Of a stretch of 64,000 nucleotides of DNA, positions 54,861 to 64,000 are shown in pieces. The notes beneath the pieces are model-generated. The model was not told where the DNA came from. It saw only the letters and a program-made list of their open reading frames with translations, and ran no database searches. The stretch is from Octopus vulgaris (lineage: Eukaryota). A program made the translations under genes and the position numbers. Every line of letters begins with the position of its first letter. The first letter of the stretch is position 1. The stretch lies in assembly GCA_951406725.2 (NCBI GenBank), contig OX597830.1, forward strand, positions 9,486,001 to 9,550,000. Direction: 5' to 3'.

Positions 54861-56159
54861 ATGTATATATATACATATATATATGTATGTATCAAATGTA
54901 TAACTATGTATACACTCTCGTATGTATATAATACATACGTCTGTCTTTGCATATTTAACACATACACACACACACACACATACAAAGGTATAAAGTACCA
55001 TGACTAAATGCTTACTGTGAGTAGTAGTTAACAATGAAATCATTGAAACAACTAATAGTTTTATTGCGGACATGTTCTTGCCTGGCCAGCATTTTGAGCC
55101 GAGATCGTAATGCTGAGACGAAAGCTATTGTAAGCGAGGGAGACATTCGCTAACCACTTAGAAACTTACAAGAACCGGTGCAACAGGTGATCTGCCGCCG
55201 TTTCGAACAGCGAAGTGAAGTTAAGAAGTTAATGGTCTTCATGCGTTTCTAACTGGCGAACTTATGGTGTTCCACGCCGCAATCGCAATGCTTCTATTAC
55301 CACAAAACAATTCACATCAGGTTTCACTCTGTCTCTCTCTCTCTCCCCCTCTCTCTCTCTGATTCCCTGTTTATCTCTCACTCTTCCTCGTGTTTCCTTA
55401 CTAAAGAGTATTTGAACAACTTAATCAGATGATAACAATCACTTCGTCATATTTTCACAAGATACAGGAAACAACTACCATTTATGATGAAACCCTTTCA
55501 ATTTTTTCCCCCCACAATGTAATCTACACAAATCTCAACTTTTCTGTATCATGTAGCATGTTCAGTTACGTTCTGTCTTTTTTTTTTTCATATGTTCTAA
55601 TTATCTTCATTGTGAAATATGCTAATTAAAATCTTCCAATATTCGGATTTTCTTCTGTTGTAGCTCTCGGCTTACGATTTTAAAATCACAATCAACCATT
55701 ATTCATAAAATAGATTAGAAAAAATTTTAGAGACTCACGTTCTGCATTTGAAACTGATTAAATCTCGGAATAAAATATGGATCTCTCTAGAAATTAGGTC
55801 AATAAGAAACGATGGGAAACATAAAGAGTCTGAAGTATTCAAGGAAAAGTAAGATCGATAAAGAAATCTATATTTTCCGGTTTTTTAAGCGATTCGTTGC
55901 GTCCAACCTCAAACATGTACACCCATTAATCTATCTATCTGTCTGTTCATCTATTTGTCTATCTATCTGTCTGTCTATCTATCTATCTATCTATTTGTCT
56001 ATCTATCTATCCTTTTATGTATTTGTCTATCTGTCTGCTCGTCCAGCCGTCTGTACGCCCGTCCAGTTGTCTGTCCGCCCGTCCGTCCGTTTGTCTGTCT
56101 GTCTATCTATCTATCAATCCCTCTCTCCTTCCCTCCACCCACCCACCCATCCATCGATC

Positions 56160-56191
<32 letters not shown>

Positions 56192-56605
56192 TACATACAT
56201 ATTTCAATCTCTCTTCCTATCTATGTACAGATCACCCACCCACACATTATCCTCACCTGCTCACATATGCTTTCGCACACAAACTTTAGCCAGGGTACAG
56301 TTGTTTCCTTGGTCCCCTTCGTCCCAACCACTTCCTTCCTTTCGGTCAATTCCCCATGTGCAATCGATAATCCGGACACACTTCCCTCTCTCCGTTTTCT
56401 TCTGTCTTCATCTGCTTTCTTTCCTCGTTCCTTTCAGTAAAAGAGCGTCTGCTCGAAACGTCAAAGGCGTTTCCATTTTCCCTGATCGTCCAATTAATAC
56501 ACCTTGTTTATTGCTCCCTCACCTGTCTGCCTTTTGCTTTTTGAACCACACACACACACACGAAGTTGTTTTATTCCTCAATCGAGTTATATTTGCAATG
56601 TTTAA

Positions 56606-56980
56606 AGCGGTGAGCTGGCAGAATCATTAGCACGCCGGGCGAAATGCTTAGCTGTATTTCGTCTGTCTTTACGTTCTGAGTTCAAATTCCGTCGATGTCG
56701 CCTTTGCCTTTCATCCTTTCGGGATCGATAAATTAAGCAATAGTTGTGCACTGAGGTCGATCTAATCGACTGCCCCCTCCCCCAAATTTCGTGCCTTGTG
56801 CCCAGAGTAGAAAAGATTAGCGAGGGCAAAACGCTTAACTGTATTTTGTCCGACTTTACGCTCTGATTTCAAATTTTTCAAGGGTCGATAAAATAGCAGC
56901 CAGTCGAGGACTGTTGTCCATGTAATCGACTTAACCACTTCCCCGATCTATGCTCGCTTGTGCCAGAATTTGAAACCGAC
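56606..56980 (+). mobile_element. Two tandem SINE family A copies
   Basis: Well-preserved copy 56606-56820 followed by a diverged copy. Confidence 0.82.
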
Positions 56981-57063
56981 ACTTGTGTGGAAGTAGAGTT
57001 TATTCAAAACTATCTCCTGAATAAAAGTGAAATACAGAGAACACTGCATCACGCTCTCTCTCG

Positions 57064-57109
<46 letters not shown>

Positions 57110-57317
57110 CACAGACACACACACGTATATATATACACACACACACAAATATGTTTGGTAGTGTGAGGAAGAGGAACTCACTAAATCTACTCATTACTAA
57201 CAACATATATGTATATAATTACATACAAACAAACACAACACACACACACACACATAAGTATATAATGTAATCTATCTACCCGCTTTCTTAGATATTTCTC
57301 TCTCTCTCTCTCCGTCT

Positions 57318-57981
57318 TATTTCTTTACTGCCCACAAGGGGCTAAACATAGACGGGACAAACAAGGACAGACAAACGGATTAAGTCAGTTACATCGACCC
57401 CAGTGCATAACTAGTACTTAATTTATCGGCCCCGAAAGGATGAAAGGCAAAGTCGATCGCGGCGGAATTTGAACTCAGAACGTAAAGACAGACAAAATAC
57501 TTATTTCTTTACTAACCACAAGGGGCTAAACACAGAGAGGACAAACAAGGACATACAAACGGATTAAGTCGATTATATCGACCTCAGTGCGCAACTGGTA
57601 CTTAGTTAATCGACCCCGAAAGAATGAAAGGCAAAGTCGACCTCGGCGGAATTTGAACTCAGAACGTAGTAGCAGACAAAATACTGCTAAACTTTTCGCC
57701 CGGCATGCTAACGTTTCTGCCAGCTCATCTACATTTACGGATATTTTGCTCGTGCGCATGAATATATGCGTAAATATTGGTTCCAGAGTTTGGCGCAAGG
57801 CCAACACGTTCGTGGGACGGGATTAGTCGATTATATCGACCTCAGCCCTCACCTGGTATTTACTTTATCGATCCCGAAGAGATGAGAAGGAAAGCTGACA
57901 TCGGCAAAATTTGAACTCAGAATAATAAGACGGACGAAATGCCGCCAAGCATTCGGCTAGTCTTGCTAACGATTCTGGCAA
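57318..57981 (-). mobile_element. SINE family A dimer (57318-57726) plus older monomer (57775-57981)
   Basis: Same dimer junction as at 6060 and 43925. Confidence 0.88.
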
Positions 57982-58979
57982 ATATAAGTGCTTTATGATA
58001 TGTGTGTGTACGTGTGTGTTTGTGTTTGTGTGTGTGTTTGTGTTTGCGTGTGTGTTTGTGTTTCCTTAAAAGGTGAATGGTTCTTTATTAATGCGTATGC
58101 CTGTTGGCATTAATTTAGAATCACCTAAATAAACACAAGTATTTAAATCTACTTGAATTTTCAGAGAAAATAAGAGGTGTATGTCGCCGGTAACTCGTTA
58201 ATAACTCAATAAGAATTACTGCATCGACAATTCTTCCACCTCCATACCCTGATATCCGGATGCCCATCAAATGTGAGAATTTAAAATCTCAAAGCGTAGC
58301 CAGGTTACTGAAGCAAAGCGGAGTAGCTAACATTAGCGAAGTATATTTTAGACAGGCCCCAAAAGTAATGTCCCTTTAAGACGAAGCTCTTCACTGTTGC
58401 TTGTAGTCGACCATTAGAAACATTTAAAGCCACCAAAATTTCTTGTTGTTTTGTGTATTTATAAATGTTGAGGAAAAAAAATGCTGAAGAGATTAACTAG
58501 AAATTAAGCTATATATTAGTTATATTAATGACAGAAAAAGAAAATGAAATCCTCCAGAGAATTTTTAAAACTAATGTAAATGTTTATTGTAACTTATATT
58601 TTCATGAAGTGTGAGTGTGTGAATGTGTAAGTGTATGCTTGCATACATATACACATGTAAACACACATACGTAGATGTAATGCATACACACCGAATACAT
58701 ACCCATACATACATACGTATGTATGTATGTACTCATATCTGTATATGCATTTATGTACGTCTATTTGTTTGTGTATGTCTTTGCGAGCATTAGTGTCAGT
58801 GTGTGTGAATATGTATACATGTATGTAAGCAAATATATATATACATATATACATGCAGATATATACATATATATATACTTATATATATATATATATATAT
58901 GCATATATAGTATACAGGCATGTTTTTGTGTGTGTATGTACGATTATGTATATACATATATATATATACATGCAGATAT

Positions 58980-59028
<49 letters not shown>

Positions 59029-59331
59029 TATATATATATATACAGACACATATTTTTGTGCGTGTATGTACGGTTATGTATATTTATATATATATATATG
59101 AAATTAATATGCATGTATGTATGTATATATATGTATGCTTATAGTAGATGTTAACGTATCAATATGTCTTCATTTAAGTTAGCGGACTTCGAAATATCCA
59201 CCATATTGTAACAAGCTCCATAATGACTTCCGTTTCATCTTGGATTTCATTTTATTTCACTAACTTTGTGAGAATACATTAAAAAAATCCAAATCCCACA
59301 AAAATCAAAACAAAAGCACAACAACATCAGC

Positions 59332-59363
<32 letters not shown>

Positions 59364-59699
59364 CGAACCACTTCTTAATTATTTCACTTCAATGAAAACA
59401 TCTTTGTTTAATTAACAGGTTTAGATTTAGTTGGTGAAGTTGTTTTAATATTTTATAGCCATAGTAGTCTGGTAGTCATCAATCGTAGACCTATCAATTG
59501 ACTAATATCAATAACAACCTTATGATAGAGAGAGAGAGAGAGGGGGGGGGCGAGAGAAGAAAACTGGGGGAAAGGCGGGGGGAAGAGAAGTGGACGGATA
59601 TGAAGGCCGTAGATTACTATACGCTCTTAAATAATGTACTGTCTGTGTCCCGGGGTCTAAACGATAACAGTTTAAACCTGTCTGATGAGCTTCAGAATT

Positions 59700-60360
<661 letters not shown>

Positions 60361-60830
60361 TAAGTAGAGTGTTGAAAGTGACTTTACAGTCTCGGCTTGC
60401 TTGGACTTCATCGCATAGTACGAAAAGTATTAAAAATGATGATGCTTTTTATCATATTGCATCAGAGAAACAAACATTGATATATATACATATATATGAC
60501 GGGAAAATTTTGGAGTCAACAAGGAATACAGTTAGACATTTATATTCAATCTTTACAATTGTTTCTGCGCAACGTCGTTCTCTAGGTGTGCTGGTACTTC
60601 TACGTTGCGTAGAAACAACTGTAGTGATTGGAAGTAAATCTCCAACCGTAATCCTTGTTGATTCCAATTTTTTTTCAATTATCTATTCACGCGCGATAGA
60701 AGCCCAAAAGCAAATATGGAGGTACATATGATACAACTAGTGAATGGCACAGGGTGATATCTGAAGGCGGACAAGTTTTATACTGTACTCTACTAGTTTC
60801 TTAACAGAATATACCATGACTATATATATA

Positions 60831-61143
60831 TGTGGAGGCGCAATGGCCCAGTGGTTAGAGCAGCAGAATCGCAGTCATAGGATCGCGGTTTCGATTCCCA
60901 GACCGGGCGTTGTGAGTGTTTATTGAGCGAAAACACCTAAAGCTCCACGAGTCTCCGGCACGGGGTGGTGGCGATACATGCTGTACTCTTTCGCCACAAC
61001 TTTCCCTCACTCTTTCTTCTGTTGGCCTTCTCGCTTAGCCAGTGGGGTGGCGTCATTTGAAGGCTAAAATAATGCGAAGCGCACTCTGACCAGCGATGTG
61101 TAGCAATATCTGATAGCCTGGTCAGTCACGGTGATTACGGTGA

Positions 61144-61145
<2 letters not shown>
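60831..61145 (+). mobile_element. SINE family C head with alternative tail 3
   Basis: C head and body, then GCTTAGCCAGTGGGGTGGCGTCATTTGAAGGCTAAAATAATGCGAAGCGCA...GATAGCCTGGTCAG; the same tail appears alone at ~6895-6972. Confidence 0.85.
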
Positions 61146-61217
<72 letters not shown>

Positions 61218-61224
61218 ATATAAC

Positions 61225-61415
61225 GGGTAGGTTTACGAAAATAAGCAAAAGACGAAGGCAAGTGGAGTACAAACAAACAAATGTATTAGTATAGCGCTCA
61301 GGAATAGAAAAAAGTATTTTATGTTTCGAGCCTACGCTCTTCGACAGAAAGATACACGGAAAAAAAGAAGGAGAGAAACAAGGAGAGAGAAAAAATACGT
61401 GTAGGAGCTAACGAT
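61225..61415 (-). mobile_element. Penelope-like 3' fragment abutting (TA)n
   Basis: Homologous to 38110-38322; minus strand CTTT-CTGTCGA-A-GAGC-gtag-GCTC-GAAA. Confidence 0.6.
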
Positions 61416-61883
61416 TTATCATATGAACATGTCTAGATATGCAACTATATGCATGAGAATACATACATAAGACAAAACATACAAATCTGCATACATACGT
61501 ACGTACGTACGTAGATGCAAACAAAAATACCCTGTTGATGATGTTGAAATTCCAATGAAGGAGCCGTGGATCTAGGTTAGAAACCGGCTCTTTCACTATT
61601 GGCAAGAAATCTTGAAATAAAACTGAACAATGACATACATACAATCACCCAGTGTTCTCTGCCAATCCTTTCATTGCTATTCGCTACCTCGTCAATGACA
61701 TTCTCTTATTATTTTCGGTCTGTTTTTATAGCTCAATAAAATGTAATAAAATTCCTTTATATTCATTCTTTGACGTCTCGCATTATAATTATAAAAAAAA
61801 ATACAATGATACCTTGTTGTACGAGTTCAATTCGTTCCATGACCGAGCTCGTCTTATGATTTACTCGTTTTACAACTCAATTT

Positions 61884-62190
61884 GTTGTTTGTTCCTTCTC
61901 GAGCCACGCCCGGCTCATAAGGGCCGGTTTCCCGGTTTCCTTGGCGTATAGGTTCCCCACCCAGACGGGACGCCAGTCCGTCGCAAGAGAGTTGCAAGAT
62001 GGAGGAGGAAAGAGTGAGAGAAAGTTGTGGCGAAAGAGTCCGCAATAGTTCGACATTATTTTCTGCCGAAGCCGCGTAGATCTTAGGTGTTTCCCTCATA
62101 AACACACATGCATCGCCCGACTGAGATTCGAACCCGCGATCCCTCAACCGCGAGTCCGCTGCTCTAACCACTAGGCCATATACCTCCTCA
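61884..62190 (-). mobile_element. Full-length SINE family C variant (tail 2), 3' part of the U6 chimera
   Basis: Minus strand TGAGGAGGTATATGGCCTAGTGGTTAGAGCAGCGGACTCGCGG...GGGTTCGAATCTC...GCGACGGACTGGCGTCCCGTC...GGAAACCGGCCCTTATGAGCC...ACAAACAAC. Confidence 0.88.
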
Positions 62191-62296
62191 AAAAATATGG
62201 AACCCTTCACAAATTTGCGTGTCATCCTTGCGCAGGGCCATACTAATCTTCTCTGTCTTGTTCTAATTTTAGGATATGTACCGGTGTAGCTAGTAC
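62191..62296 (-). pseudogene. U6: Full-length U6 snRNA retrocopy
   Basis: Minus strand GTACTAGC...ACATATCCTAAAATTAGAACAAGACAGAGAAGATTAGTATGGCCCTGCGCAAGGATGACACGCAAATTTGTGAAGGGTTCCATATTTTT matches metazoan U6; ACAGAGA box intact, catalytic AGC triad changed to AGT. Confidence 0.93.
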
Positions 62297-62669
62297 ACAA
62301 CTCAATTTCCCCCATTGAAATTAACTAAAATATAATTAATCCGTTCCATCCCTCGAAGACCCCCACAAAAATACTTTTTTATGGGTTCTAAAACAGAAAC
62401 GGTGTAGTTACAAGTAAAATGATGGTTATGAAAAAAAGAGAATGCAAAAGAAATATGTAAACTGGTTTTATTAACTGAAATACCTGAAAGAGGGGACGAT
62501 ATGTGTGCTCGTACTGCGGATTTCCGCTCGTACTTCAAGACATAAATTCGTACGGGTCTCGGCTCGTACAGCAAATTACTCGTACAGTGGAGCATTCGTA
62601 CTGCGAGGGTCTACTGTACAAATTAACGTTAAACTGAAGTATTACTCAAAACCTTTTGGTACGTTTTCT

Positions 62670-63061
62670 ATATTTTATCTTTAGTTGTTTCGCTCATTAG
62701 ACGGCGGCCATGCTGGGGCACCGCCCTGAAGAATTTTTAAACTTTGGTATGTTTTCGGTTCACATTTTCCCGAATCGCTAGGTCACGGGAACGTAAGCAA
62801 ACGAACACCGGTTAGCAAACGGTGGGGGGGGGGCAAGCACGGATACGAAGGCGCACATACACAGACATACACGCACACGCACACATACATATACATACAA
62901 CAGGCTTCTTTCAGTTTGTATCTGCCAAATCCACTCACAAGGCTTTGGTTGGCCCATGGATATAGTAGAAGATACTTATCCCAGTTGTTGTGCTGTGGGA
63001 ATGAACCCGGAACCATACGGTTAGTAAGGAATTTGCTTATCACACAGCTACGCCTGCGCCT
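62670..63061 (-). mobile_element. Diverged SINE family B
   Basis: Reverse complement of B head (…CACACAGCTACGCCTGCGCC) and tail. Confidence 0.8.
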
Positions 63062-63169
63062 TATTTATTAAACTTCTATAAGAAAAAGAAACCATTGTGT
63101 CTTTGCAGTTTCGGACTGTTAGCCTTCGTCGCCTGCATACACACGTACGCACAAGCATGCACGCATCCA

Positions 63170-63272
<103 letters not shown>

Positions 63273-63746
63273 ACACAAAACATACAAACAACCACAGGGC
63301 GTCATGTGATGCTACATGTTTACTTTCATGCCAAATCACGGACTCAGAATAACAGATCCGACCCTAAATAATTCCACATCTAAAAGATTGAGTAGTGTAC
63401 AAGTGAAGTTAAGCGTCGTCTGATTAAACATCGACACTAAGTCTCTTCAGTCAGTTACCACTGACACAGAACTAAAACTAGGGATATTTCAAATTCCAGA
63501 CTTAGTCCCTGTGGGCCCTGTTCTCCAATTCATTACCCTAAAGGATATGTAAAATCGGGTGTGGTACACAAAAATGTAGAGACTTGTTTTTTTCTTTGCT
63601 GTTTAGATCAGTTCTGATTTGACGAGACTAATGACTAAAGGCGTTCTAACTATGACCATTCCGTGAGATATGATATGAGGAAGACTTGGCTGCTGTGTCT
63701 CGCAGAGATATTTATACTGTGTAGTGATTTTCTTATATGTATTTGT

Positions 63747-64000
63747 AGTGGAGATGCAATGGCCCAGTGGTAAGGGCAACGGTCGTTGGATCGCGGTTTC
63801 GATTCCCAGACCAGACGTTGTGAGTGTTTATTGAGCGAAAGCACCAAAAGTTCCACTGGCTCCGGCAGGGGGTGGTGGCGAATCCTGCTGTATCCTTTCA
63901 CAACAACTTTCTTTCACTCTTTCTTCCTGTTTCTGTCGTATCTGTATTTCAAAGGGCCAGCCTTGTTACACTGTGTCATGCTGAATTTCTTCCGAGAACT
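63747..64000 (+). mobile_element. SINE family C (tail 1), cut by window end
   Basis: GTGGAGATGCAATGGCCCAGTG...GGTTTCGATTCCCAGACC...CTGTATTTCAAAGGGCCAGCCTTG. Confidence 0.85.

Larger units (their letters stand above)
61804..62616. mobile_element. Tigger/pogo-like MITE hosting the U6-SINE insertion
   Basis: TA-CAATGATACCTTGTTGTACGAG ... TTCGTACTGCGAGGGTCTACTG-TA; repeated CTCGTAC subterminal motifs. Confidence 0.65.

Noticed and set aside
55812-56630. 272-aa ORF
   Set aside because: Runs through (TATC)n, (CCGT)n, (CA)n and a repeat fragment; no protein-like composition
62191-62296. Functional U6 gene
   Set aside because: AGC triad mutated, 5' stem disrupted, upstream sequence is MITE rather than a PSE/TATA promoter, and a TSD indicates retroposition

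Overview
AT-rich, microsatellite-saturated eukaryotic intergenic or intronic DNA with no convincing intact protein-coding gene; almost all ORFs in the track are translations of (TA)n, (CA)n, (CAT)n or (AGT)n repeats or of SINEs. The repeat content resembles an Octopus/cephalopod genome (inferred from memory of such repeats, not verified). The window holds several dozen tRNA-derived SINE copies in at least four families (labelled A-D here) that exchange heads and tails, two decayed LINE RT fossils, mariner, Tigger, hAT and piggyBac-like MITEs, two non-autonomous Helitrons, two diverged minisatellite arrays, and several Penelope-type minimal hammerhead-ribozyme motifs. The top observation is a full-length U6 snRNA copy fused directly to the 5' end of a full-length tRNA-derived SINE, bracketed as one unit by a perfect 12-bp target-site duplication inside a Tigger-like MITE (61872-62308). 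The second is an apparent tRNA-headed SINE whose tail carries a hammerhead motif (10700-11367). All coordinates were read by eye and ends may be off by a few bases.
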